This document shows positions 10,400 through 18,805 of a DNA stretch of 64,000 nucleotides, piece after piece. The DNA is from an uncultured delta proteobacterium (GTDB taxonomy: Bacteria; Myxococcota_A; Polyangia; Polyangiales; Polyangiaceae): positions 1,728,001 through 1,792,000 of the forward strand of contig CAWJCS010000006.1 of NCBI GenBank assembly GCA_963841435.1, given 5' to 3'. Position 1 is the first letter of the stretch; each line of letters starts with the position of its first letter. Position numbers and translations under genes: made by a program. The notes below the pieces were generated by a model that saw only the letters and a list, made by a program, of their open reading frames with translations, did not search any database and was not told where the DNA came from.

Positions 10400-11308
10400 G
10401 TGTTCGGTTTCTCGTTTAGCGAGGTCGTCTTGATCGGGATCGTGGCGCTGGTCGCCGTCGGCCCGCAGCGCTTGCCGGGCATGCTGAGAAACTTCGGTCA
10501 GTGGATGCGCAAGCTCCGCAAGATGACCACCGAGGTGCGCGCCCAGACGGGCATCGATGATCTCTTGCGCGCGGAGGGGCTGCACGGCGGCCTGCACGAG
10601 CTCAGATCGCTCATGCGCGGGCACGGGCCCGTGGCGCAGCCGCCGCCGTATCGGGTCCCCGAAGATCCGTATCGCTCGATGGAAATCAACGTCTCGCGCG
10701 AGTATCCGCCCGAGGGAGTCGATGCGGGCGGCGCGCTCCCCGACGACCTCGCAGCCAGTGACGACGACGAGCCGGAAGAAGAACCCGCCAGCGCCTCGGT
10801 GGCGCCCGCCGCACCCGCCGCACCCGCGTCGCCGCCCGCCACCGCTTCGACACCACCGGCGCCCGCGCTACCGCCCACGAGCGCGCGGCCGAGCGCGCGG
10901 CCGAGCGCTCCACCGCGGCCCACCCCAACCACTGCCCGGGACTCCGCCGCTCCGCCACGTCCTGCGCCCACCCCGAAGGGCTCTGCTCCCCCGCCCCGGC
11001 CCGCGCCGACACCTTTGCCCGCCGCCCCGAAGCCCGCTCGGGCACCCGGCGCGCCTTCGCCCGCAGAGCTCAAGGATCCGTCGGCTTCCGCGCCGTCGGC
11101 CAAGTCCGGTGCACCCCTCCCCGCGCCGACCGCCAAGTCGGGCCCACCGCTCCCCACGCCGACCGCCAAGTCGGGCCTACCTCTCCCTGCGCCCACCGCC
11201 AAGTACGACGACGCATCGAAGCTCGGCGCTCCGACGACCACCCCCACCACCTCCACACCAGAGCCTGCAGCGGCCCCGCGTGCCGACGAACCGGAGGACG
11301 AGTCTTGA
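10400..11308 (+). CDS. tatB: Twin-arginine translocase subunit TatB with a long Pro/Ala tail
   Basis: MFGFSFSEVVLIGIVALVAVGPQRLP; directly upstream of tatC. Confidence 0.85.
   Translation: MFGFSFSEVVLIGIVALVAVGPQRLPGMLRNFGQWMRKLRKMTTEVRAQTGIDDLLRAEGLHGGLHELRSLMRGHGPVAQPPPYRVPEDPYRSMEINVSREYPPEGVDAGGALPDDLAASDDDEPEEEPASASVAPAAPAAPASPPATASTPPAPALPPTSARPSARPSAPPRPTPTTARDSAAPPRPAPTPKGSAPPPRPAPTPLPAAPKPARAPGAPSPAELKDPSASAPSAKSGAPLPAPTAKSGPPLPTPTAKSGLPLPAPTAKYDDASKLGAPTTTPTTSTPEPAAAPRADEPEDES
11099..11204 (+). repeat. 33-bp coding tandem repeat (AKSGxPLPxPT, about 3.2 copies) in the tatB tail
   Basis: Copies start at 11099, 11132, 11165 and 11198. Confidence 0.8.
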
Positions 11309-12138
11309 GCGACGGCGATCCGAAGAAAGAGGAGCCCCCGGAGCAGAAGGGCTCACGGAGCGAAGACGACGGGATGACCATCTGGGAGCATCTCGATGAG
11401 CTCCGCTCGCGCTTGATCAAGATGATCATCGCGTTTCTGATCGGCGGCATCGCGGCGTGGTCGAAGAAGGAAGACCTGCTGAAGATCCTCTCGCGGCCAT
11501 TCGTTCATGCGTGGAACGAAGGCTCTCACTCGGGCGCCGCCGCGCTGAACTTCCCTGCGCCCGCGGCGCTCTTCCTCGCCTACATCCGGCTATCGGCGCT
11601 CGCGGGATTCGTGTTCGCGCTGCCGTTCATGCTCTGGCAAGTGTGGTCGTTCATCGCGCCGGGGCTTTACTCGAAGGAGAAGCGCTACGCGATCCCCTTC
11701 GTGCTCACGTCGTGCCTCCTGTTCGCGGGGGGCGGCTATTTCGGCTGGCGCGTCGCCTTCCCGCTCGCGTTTCGCTTCCTGCTCGGAATGGGGACGCAGC
11801 TCGGCGAGCTCGAAGTGAAGCCCACCATCATGATCAGCGAGTACATCGACTTCGTGACGCGCATGGGGCTCGCGTTCGGGCTGGCGGCCGAGCTGCCCGT
11901 GCTCGTGTTCTTCCTGAGCATCGCGGGGCTCGTGACGCCGCGCCAGCTGCTCAAGTTCTTCCGCTACTTCCTCGTCCTCGACTTCGTCATCGCCGCCGTC
12001 ATCACGCCACCCGACGTGATGAGCCAGCTCTTGCTCGCGATTCCGCTCGCCCTGCTCTACCTGCTCTCGATCGGCGTCGCGGTCATCTTTGCCAAAAAAC
12101 GCCCACCGCCCGACGCCGACGTCGACGCGGCTGCCTGA
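11305..12138 (+). CDS. tatC: Twin-arginine translocase subunit TatC
   Basis: MTIWEHLDELRSRL, FIAPGLYSKEK, FGLAAELP and ITPPDVMSQ. Confidence 0.95.
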   Translation: MSDGDPKKEEPPEQKGSRSEDDGMTIWEHLDELRSRLIKMIIAFLIGGIAAWSKKEDLLKILSRPFVHAWNEGSHSGAAALNFPAPAALFLAYIRLSALAGFVFALPFMLWQVWSFIAPGLYSKEKRYAIPFVLTSCLLFAGGGYFGWRVAFPLAFRFLLGMGTQLGELEVKPTIMISEYIDFVTRMGLAFGLAAELPVLVFFLSIAGLVTPRQLLKFFRYFLVLDFVIAAVITPPDVMSQLLLAIPLALLYLLSIGVAVIFAKKRPPPDADVDAAA

Positions 12139-12174
12139 GCGCCGCGCTCGTCGAGTAGAGCCCGCACGGCGGAC

Positions 12175-12222
12175 GCCGCGTGAATCGGCCGCGCGAATCG
12201 GCCGCGTGAATCGGCCGCGCGA
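12175..12222. repeat. 13-bp intergenic tandem repeat GCCGCGYGAATCG, about 3.7 copies
   Basis: Copies at 12175, 12188, 12201 and 12214, between convergent tatC and rlmH. Confidence 0.85.
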
Positions 12223-12227
12223 GCAGG

Positions 12228-12656
12228 CTAGTCCTCGCGCGCGTACGGCTCGCCGCGCAGGATCGTGAACGCGCGGTAGAGCTGTTCGAAGAGCAGCACG
12301 CGCGCGAGGCGGTGCGGCAGCGTGAGCGTGGAGAGGCTCAGGCAGACCGCCGCGCGCTCACCGAGTGCCGCGGGAACGCCGTCTGCGCCGCCCAGCACGA
12401 ACGAGACGTCGCCCTTTCCGTGCTCCGCCCAGCGACCGAGCCGTCGCGCGAGCTCGCGGCTCGTGAGCGCTTCCCCGTCGGGCGAAAGCACGACCTCGAG
12501 CGTCCCTTCGGGCACCACGCGCTCGAGGTCGGCTGCCGTCTTCACCTCGATCTCCTCGCAGCGTGCATAGCGCCGGATGCGCGCCAAGTAGTCGTCGGCA
12601 ACACGGCGCAGCGCCTTGTCGCGGATGCGACCCGCGGCGACGACGTAGAGCCTCAC
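12228..12656 (-). CDS. rlmH: 23S rRNA m3-pseudouridine1915 methyltransferase RlmH
   Basis: FVLGGADG and LSLSTLTLPHRLARVLLFEQLYRA...GEPY; GTGA overlap with rsfS. Confidence 0.9.
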   Translation of the reverse strand: MRLYVVAAGRIRDKALRRVADDYLARIRRYARCEEIEVKTAADLERVVPEGTLEVVLSPDGEALTSRELARRLGRWAEHGKGDVSFVLGGADGVPAALGERAAVCLSLSTLTLPHRLARVLLFEQLYRAFTILRGEPYARED

Positions 12657-13102
12657 GCCTGGCCGGGAGCCGGGTCGGAAACCCGCACGCGACGCGCGTC
12701 CATCCAGAGGCCATCGAGATCGTAGAGCGCCCGCGTGTCTTCCTGGAAGACGTGGACGACGACGTCGACGAAATCGATGAGCACCCATTTGCCGCGCGGC
12801 AGCCCCTCGACCGAGATCGCTCGCCAACCGTCGTTCGCGAGTGCCTCCTCGACGGCGTCGGCGATGGCAGCGACGTGCCGGTCGCTCTGACCGGTCATCA
12901 GCACGAGGTAGTCGGCGTAGTCGACCTTGCCGGTGACATCCAAGATCTCGACTTCACCGGCCTTTTTGTCGAGCGCTGCCTCGGCCGCCACGAGCGCGAT
13001 GCGCCGCGCCGCGGCCGATGCGCCGCCGCGCTCCAGGGGCTTTTGCGGAGCGGTCGTCGCGCGCGCCGCGCGCTTCGGTGGTTTGGTAAGTTTCTTCTTC
13101 AA
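12653..13102 (-). CDS. rsfS: Ribosome silencing factor RsfS (Iojap)
   Basis: DKKA..LDV, DYLVLMTG.S.RHV, WVLIDFVDVVVHVF and YDLDGLW; TTG start overlaps the corrected proA stop. Confidence 0.92.
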   Translation of the reverse strand: MKKKLTKPPKRAARATTAPQKPLERGGASAAARRIALVAAEAALDKKAGEVEILDVTGKVDYADYLVLMTGQSDRHVAAIADAVEEALANDGWRAISVEGLPRGKWVLIDFVDVVVHVFQEDTRALYDLDGLWMDARRVRVSDPAPGQA

Positions 13103-14360
13103 CCGCGAGTCTGCCCTTCCCCGAGCACGATCCATTTTCCGCCGTGAGGCTCTCGAGCCCCATGGGACCATAGGCGTGCAGCTTGGTCGTCGAGATGCCG
13201 ATCTCCGCGCCGAGGCCGAGCTCGCCCCCGTCATTGAAGCGGGTCGACGCATTCACGAGCACGCAGCTCGCGTCGACCTCGCGCAGCCAGCGCTCCGCGC
13301 TCGTGACGCGATCGGTGCAGATGGCCTCGGTGTGGTTCGAGCCGTAGCGGGCCACGTGCTGGAGCGCACCGTCGAGGTCATCGACGACACGCACCGCCAG
13401 GATCTTCGCCAGGAACTCGGTGCCGAAGTCGTCGTCGCCCGCGGGTGTGACGCTCGGCACGATGGCGCGCGTGCGCGGGCAGCCTCTGAGCTCCACGCCC
13501 TCGCCGGCCAGGGCCGCGAGCACCAGAGGGAGTAAGCGCTCGGCGTCCGCAGCGTGAACCAGCAGGCATTCGAGCGCGTTGCACACGCCGGGCTTTTGCA
13601 CCTTGCTGTCGACCGCGAGGCGCCGGGCCATCTCAACGTCGGCCCCGGCGTCCAAGAACAGGTGGCAAACACCCTTGAAATGCTGGACGACGGGCACGCG
13701 CGCGTTGTCGACGACGAAGCGGATGAGCCCCTCGCCGCCGCGTGGAATGGCGAGGTCGACGAGACCCGTCAGTGTCACGAGCTCGCGCACTCCCTCGCGA
13801 TCGCCGGCCGGCACGATCTGCACGGATTCGGGAGACACACCCGAGCCCTCGAGAGCGCGGGCGATGACGGCGCCGAGCGCACGGTTCGAATGAGCCGCCT
13901 CCTTGCCCCCGCGCAAGAGGCACGCGTTGCCCGACTTCAGACAGAGCGCCGCCGCGTCCACCGTGACGTTGGGGCGGGACTCGTAGACGATGGCAATCAC
14001 GCCGAGCGGCAGGCGCTGCTTGCCGACGCGGATGCCGCTCGGCAAGGGCTGCATGGGCCCACGGCTGCCCACCGGATCGGGCAGCGTGATGACGTGCTCG
14101 ACGCCGAGTGCCGTCGCCTCGATGGCTCGAGCGTCGAGCCTGAGCCGGTCGAGCATCGCCTGGGCCATGCCGCCCTCTCGCGCCTGTGCGAGGTCCTTCT
14201 CGTTCTCGGCCTGGAGCTCGGCGGCCGAGGCACGGAGCCCCTTGGCCACGGCGGCAAGCGCGCGATCCTTCGCTCCGCGATCGAGGGCCCCGAGCCGTGC
14301 GGCGGCGGCTTTCGCCCGCAGGGCAAGCTCACGTATTTTACTCAAGCTTTCAGGCTCCAC
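13099..14360 (-). CDS. proA: Gamma-glutamyl phosphate reductase, with a -1 indel near 13136
   Basis: PLGVIAIVYESRPNVT, GVCNALECLL, SNHTEAI and LGLGAEIGISTTKLHAYGPMG; adding one A restores the ending EKWIVLGEGQTRG*. Confidence 0.93.
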
Positions 14361-14368
14361 GCGTCATT

Positions 14369-14674
14369 CTACCTGACGCCGCCATCGAGGGAAGGCCCGC
14401 CCCCGTCCGGGGCACCCTCCGAGCCGGGCGTGGAAGGCGTGGGGGCCGCGGGCTCGGGCCCCGCCGGGACCTCCGCCGAGCGACTCGCGGGGCTCGATGC
14501 CGCCGAGGGCGATGACGCGTCGGGGGCCTCGGCTCCGGCATCCACCGCGAACGGCCACGGCGGCAGCGCGCGGACCTCGTACTCGGGAGGCGGGGTGCCG
14601 GGCGGCAAGCGCTTGCTCGCGCAGGCGCTCGCCATGAGCACGCCCGAGACGACGAACGCGGCGCGCAAGCTCAT
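14369..14674 (-). CDS. Small lipoprotein
   Basis: Lipobox MASAC followed by SKRLPPGTPPPEYE; ATGA overlap with the upstream gene. Confidence 0.6.
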   Translation of the reverse strand: MSLRAAFVVSGVLMASACASKRLPPGTPPPEYEVRALPPWPFAVDAGAEAPDASSPSAASSPASRSAEVPAGPEPAAPTPSTPGSEGAPDGGGPSLDGGVR

Positions 14675-14970
14675 AGCGGGACGTTCTCCGGCTCCGCTGC
14701 CGGGGGCTGTACCTCGGGCACCCCTCCGTCGGTTGGCCCTGGCTCGTCGCCGGTGTCGTCCGGGTCGAGCAAATCCGGGTCTGAAAGCGGCGCACCGGGC
14801 GCCGCGTCGGTGCCGCCCGCGAGCGCGCCGAGCGCACCGGGCGCCGCCGAGGCGATCTCGTACGATTCCGCGGGCAGGGGCGCGTCGTGTTGCCGGTCGG
14901 GGCAACCCGTTGCCGAAAGCCCGAGCACGAGCGCCGGCGCGAGAAAGCGAACGTGCGTCAGCCGAGCCAT
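14671..14970 (-). CDS. Small acidic lipoprotein
   Basis: FLAPALVLGLSATGC lipobox; start overlaps the SDR stop. Confidence 0.55.
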   Translation of the reverse strand: MARLTHVRFLAPALVLGLSATGCPDRQHDAPLPAESYEIASAAPGALGALAGGTDAAPGAPLSDPDLLDPDDTGDEPGPTDGGVPEVQPPAAEPENVPL

Positions 14971-15911
14971 CGTTCTTCGTCCACGGCCGAAAGCGTCGCC
15001 ACGAGCCCGTGGCGAGGAGCGTACCCGAGATCGCGCCGCGCACGCGAGTCGTCGATCATGCAAACGTAGCGAATGAAATCGAGCTCGGGCGCCGGGAAGG
15101 TCGTGGCGCGCCAGCGGAACAGTCGCTCCACGCCGAGCCGAGCGATGGCGTGAGGGATCGCGACCGTTTTTCTGCCGAGCAGCTCGAGCGCTCGCGAAAG
15201 CGCGACGGGCGGGGGCCCGGCCAGGTTGTAGATACCCCTCGCGCCCGGGGCGAGCGCAAGCTCGAGCGCGTGCACGAGGTCCTCCTCGTGAATCGCCTGA
15301 ATCATGGGGTCGAAGCCGAGCAGCGTCGGGACGGTGGCGAGGCGGAGGTAGTTGCTCGGCGCATTCCGCACGGTGCCGAGGATGTGCGCCGGCCGCAAAA
15401 TCACCGTTTCGATCTTCGGCTGCTTCCAGAAAAACGCCTGGAACGCCATGTCGACCTCGACCAGATCGCGCATCGCGCCGAAGGCCCCGGCACCGAGCAG
15501 GGGGGCCTCCTCGGGCAAGAACTGCGGGTTGTCGGGGCGCGGGCCGTAGACGTTCGCGCTCGAGAGCAGGATCACTTTCTCGACGCCGAATTGCTCCGCG
15601 TGCTCGAGCAAGCGTTGGGCGGCGGTCACGTTCCACACCAGGTGCTCATCCGGGTCGCGACGCGGGTCATGCATCAGTCCGAGGTGGACGAGCACCGAAA
15701 CGTCGGCGCGAAAGATCTCCTTGACGCGGCCGCTGCGCAGATCGAGCTGATGGTGCTCCACGTCGAAAGGGCGCTCGGGAAAGGGACGGCGGTCGATGCC
15801 GATGACGCGGCGCTGCCGGTGCAGCAAGCGCGCGACGCGCCGTCCGAAGCGTCCGCAGATGCCCGTGACGACGACGCCCGGCTCGTGACCCCCGCGCGCC
15901 GGCGTGGTCAT
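14958..15911 (-). CDS. NAD-dependent epimerase/dehydratase (extended SDR)
   Basis: VVVTGICGRFG, SSANVYG, ILRPAHILG and QAIHEEDL. Confidence 0.85.
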   Translation of the reverse strand: MTTPARGGHEPGVVVTGICGRFGRRVARLLHRQRRVIGIDRRPFPERPFDVEHHQLDLRSGRVKEIFRADVSVLVHLGLMHDPRRDPDEHLVWNVTAAQRLLEHAEQFGVEKVILLSSANVYGPRPDNPQFLPEEAPLLGAGAFGAMRDLVEVDMAFQAFFWKQPKIETVILRPAHILGTVRNAPSNYLRLATVPTLLGFDPMIQAIHEEDLVHALELALAPGARGIYNLAGPPPVALSRALELLGRKTVAIPHAIARLGVERLFRWRATTFPAPELDFIRYVCMIDDSRARRDLGYAPRHGLVATLSAVDEERWLG

Positions 15912-16831
15912 AAGAACACGCCCCGGCGCTGCGCGAGGCCACGCCGCAGAATGTCGGAAATGGCCTGCTTCACGAGGTAAACGTTCTCGGCGAGGGTTGC
16001 GGGATCTTCGGCATCCCCGCCGAAACGCATCGGTTCGCCGAACAGGAGGCGGTACTTGGTCGGCAGGGGCAGCACGCCACCGGGCACGGCAAGCTGCGGT
16101 ACCACCGGGAACACCGGCAGCTTGAGCGCCCGCGCCGCCCAGCCGAGCGTCCCCACGCTCACGTACTGCTCCTCCGCTCCGACGACGCCCACGGGCACGA
16201 TCGGCGTTCCCGTCGCGATCGCCAGGCGCATGAAGCCCGTGCCGAACGCCTTGAGCTGGTAGCGCTCACGAAACGGCTTGCTGATCCCACGGATGCCCTC
16301 CGGGAAGACCAGCAACGCTTCTTCCATTTCGAGCAACCGCCGCGCGTTCTCGGGCACGCCGACGACCTGGCCCATGCGGCTGAAGAACGTCGAGACGAAC
16401 GGCAGCGTGGCCGCCCATTTGTCAACCATCGCGCGCACGATACGCGGCGGGTTCGCGTCGAAGAACAACGCGCAGCCGATGATGGCCGCGTCGATGGGGA
16501 TCTGGCCCGAATGGTTGGCGACGAGCATGACGCGCCCCGGCGGGATGCGATCGATGTCGTACACGTCCGTGCGAAAGTAGCTGCGATGGAAGAACGCCGA
16601 GGCGAGCGCCGCCTGACGAACCGCGGCGGGGTCGAAGCCGAACGGGTCGCCGCCCAGCCGCTCGTAGCGGCGCGCGAGCGCGGCCAGCCGATCCTCGAAA
16701 TCGCTGCCGAGCAATCGCTCGGTGACCTGGTCGGCGGCGCGCTGCACGCGGCCCGCTACCCGGCGAAGCAGCGGGACGCCGCGTTCGACCGCAACGTCCG
16801 CCAGGCGGGCCAAGGTCGGCTTGGAGTCCAC
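15908..16831 (-). CDS. Lysophospholipid/glycerol acyltransferase (PlsC-like)
   Basis: VANHSGQIPID (HX4-5D), VFPEG and PIVPVGVVGAEE. Confidence 0.88.
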   Translation of the reverse strand: MDSKPTLARLADVAVERGVPLLRRVAGRVQRAADQVTERLLGSDFEDRLAALARRYERLGGDPFGFDPAAVRQAALASAFFHRSYFRTDVYDIDRIPPGRVMLVANHSGQIPIDAAIIGCALFFDANPPRIVRAMVDKWAATLPFVSTFFSRMGQVVGVPENARRLLEMEEALLVFPEGIRGISKPFRERYQLKAFGTGFMRLAIATGTPIVPVGVVGAEEQYVSVGTLGWAARALKLPVFPVVPQLAVPGGVLPLPTKYRLLFGEPMRFGGDAEDPATLAENVYLVKQAISDILRRGLAQRRGVFL

Positions 16832-16893
16832 GGCGAAGCTCTATCACAACGCTCGGGAGGGCCGCCCCGTGGTACGAAAACGGAGCGCACGCC

Positions 16894-17793
16894 ATGCTGA
16901 CGGGGATAGCTCCAATCGTCCCGCCGCCCCTCGGCAAGGGCGCGAGCGTCGCCGTCGTGGCGCCCTCGAGCCCGTTCGACCGGTCGCTCGTTCTGCGCGG
17001 CATGGCGTTCCTCGGGGAGCATTTCCGGGTGCAGTTCGACCGCGGCATGTTCGCGCGCGAAGGCTACCTCGCGGGCTCGGACGAGCGGCGTCTCGAGGAG
17101 CTGCAGCGCTGGCTCGACGACGCTTCGGTGGGCGCCGTGTTCTGCGCCCGCGGAGGCTACGGCCTCTTGCGCATCGCGCACCGCCTCGACTTCACGGGGC
17201 TCAGGCGGCGACCCAAGTGGCTCGTGGGTTTCTCCGACACGACGACACTCCACCTCGAGGCGCTCGGCGCCGGCGTCGCAACACTGCACGCCGACAACGT
17301 CGGCGCGCTCGGTCGTGCCAACGAGCGAGCACGGCTCGCCTTGCTCCGCGCGCTCGCCCGACCGACCGAGCAGCGCACGCTCGCGGGCCTCGAGTGTGCG
17401 GCGCCGGGAGTCGCAAGCGGGCCGCTCGTCGGCGGCAACCTGTCGCTGCTTGCCACGGCCGCCACCGCCGGGCGCCTCAGGCTCCCGTCAGGCGCGTTGC
17501 TCGCGCTCGAGGACGTGACCGAGCAGGCCTACCGCATCGACCGCATGCTCACCGCGCTCACGCTCGGCGGGCACCTCGACCGCGTTGCCGGCGTCGTGGC
17601 CGGAGACTTTACGGACTGTCCGGCGTCGAGCGGCATCGAGGCGGCGCACGTCGTTCGCGCCTGGCTGGCAACGCTGCGCGTGCCCGCCGCCTCGGGGTTG
17701 CTCTTCGGCCACGGACTCGTGAACGAGCCCCTGCCGTTCGGCGTGCCCGCGCGCCTCGACGCCGGCGCGGGCACGCTCACGCTCTGGCCCTAG
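16894..17793 (+). CDS. ldcA: LD-carboxypeptidase (peptidase S66)
   Basis: ARGGYG, GFSD (Ser), GGNL, LEDV.E (Glu) and FGHG (His). Confidence 0.9.
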   Translation: MLTGIAPIVPPPLGKGASVAVVAPSSPFDRSLVLRGMAFLGEHFRVQFDRGMFAREGYLAGSDERRLEELQRWLDDASVGAVFCARGGYGLLRIAHRLDFTGLRRRPKWLVGFSDTTTLHLEALGAGVATLHADNVGALGRANERARLALLRALARPTEQRTLAGLECAAPGVASGPLVGGNLSLLATAATAGRLRLPSGALLALEDVTEQAYRIDRMLTALTLGGHLDRVAGVVAGDFTDCPASSGIEAAHVVRAWLATLRVPAASGLLFGHGLVNEPLPFGVPARLDAGAGTLTLWP

Positions 17794-17798
17794 CCCCG

Positions 17799-18545
17799 CT
17801 ACCTCGCGGCCCCGCCCGCCCACGCGATGGCCGCGTCGAGCTCGGCGTAGCCGTACTGCTTGAGCTCGGCCTGCACGAAGTGATCGGCAAGGTGGGGCAC
17901 CAGGCTCGCAAGCTTGGCATCCGTGACGAGGGCGATGCGCTTCACCTGACGCTGGTGGTCGCGGACGAAGCGCACGTGACGGATCAGACCCTGCAGATTC
18001 TCCCAGCCCGGGAAGTGGTGCGCATGCAGCACGATCCCGTTCAACGTTCCCTGCGCTTGGATCCACTGATCGGCCGTGGCGGCGAGGGCATCGAAATCTT
18101 GGGCACGAAGCGCTTCCTTGATCTCGACCACGATGACGCCCGTCTCGGGCAGGATCTGGTGCGAGACTCCGGCCTGCTCCGGCAAGGCGCGCAGGTACTC
18201 GACCGCCTTCTTAAGCTCGCTCGCCCCGAAAACGCGCACGGGGCACGGCAACCAGAAGCCGACGAATTTGGCCGACTCGCGCACCCAGGCGATGTCGCTC
18301 ACGATCGCGCAGCCGGCGAGAAGTCGGAGGGCGCCAACGCCGAAGCGCGCGTCTTCCCAGGCAGCCCCGGGCGCATAGCCTTCGAAATCGGAGCCGAGCT
18401 CGTAGAGAAAGCGCACCTTCTCTCCTTTCTTGCGCGCCTCATCGAAGAGCGGCTCGAGGACTCGTTCGTAGTCCTCTTTCGTCACTCGACCGACCGCCTT
18501 CACCCCGTCGATACCCGACGGAAGATTCGCCAGTTTTTCGAGCAT
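17799..18545 (-). CDS. Tandem STAS/SEC14 (SpoIIAA-like) domain protein
   Basis: Two SpoIIAA-like halves (CAIVSDIAWV; RIALVTDAK...A.AW); RBS GAAAGGAGG. Confidence 0.8.
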   Translation of the reverse strand: MLEKLANLPSGIDGVKAVGRVTKEDYERVLEPLFDEARKKGEKVRFLYELGSDFEGYAPGAAWEDARFGVGALRLLAGCAIVSDIAWVRESAKFVGFWLPCPVRVFGASELKKAVEYLRALPEQAGVSHQILPETGVIVVEIKEALRAQDFDALAATADQWIQAQGTLNGIVLHAHHFPGWENLQGLIRHVRFVRDHQRQVKRIALVTDAKLASLVPHLADHFVQAELKQYGYAELDAAIAWAGGAAR

Positions 18546-18607
18546 CGGAACCTCCTTTCCGCTCCCGCGCCGACCGACGACGGAAGGAGCGTCACACCCG
18601 GTCTAGT

Positions 18608-18623
18608 CGCAAGCTTCGTGCCG
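18608..18623 (-). promoter_or_regulatory. Sigma54 (-24/-12) promoter for the STAS/SEC14 gene
   Basis: Minus strand CGGCACG-AAGC-TTGCG, about 60 nt upstream of the ATG. Confidence 0.65.
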
Positions 18624-18805
18624 ACTCGGTTCCCCGGCCATGGCTGGCCCCCGCGGGGGCAACCTTGCGCGAGCGGCCCCATGACGCGCACGACTTGCCG
18701 GCGGGTGTGCCCCCGCCGCCGCGCTCATCCGCCACGCCGTGGCACGATGGCGCGATCCGTCGCCCCAAGAAGGCAAGCGACGGGGGCGCCGGAGCGCCCC
18801 GCCAC

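Noticed and set aside
12175-12222. CRISPR-like array
   Set aside because: Units are 13 bp, directly adjacent, with no spacers and no cas genes
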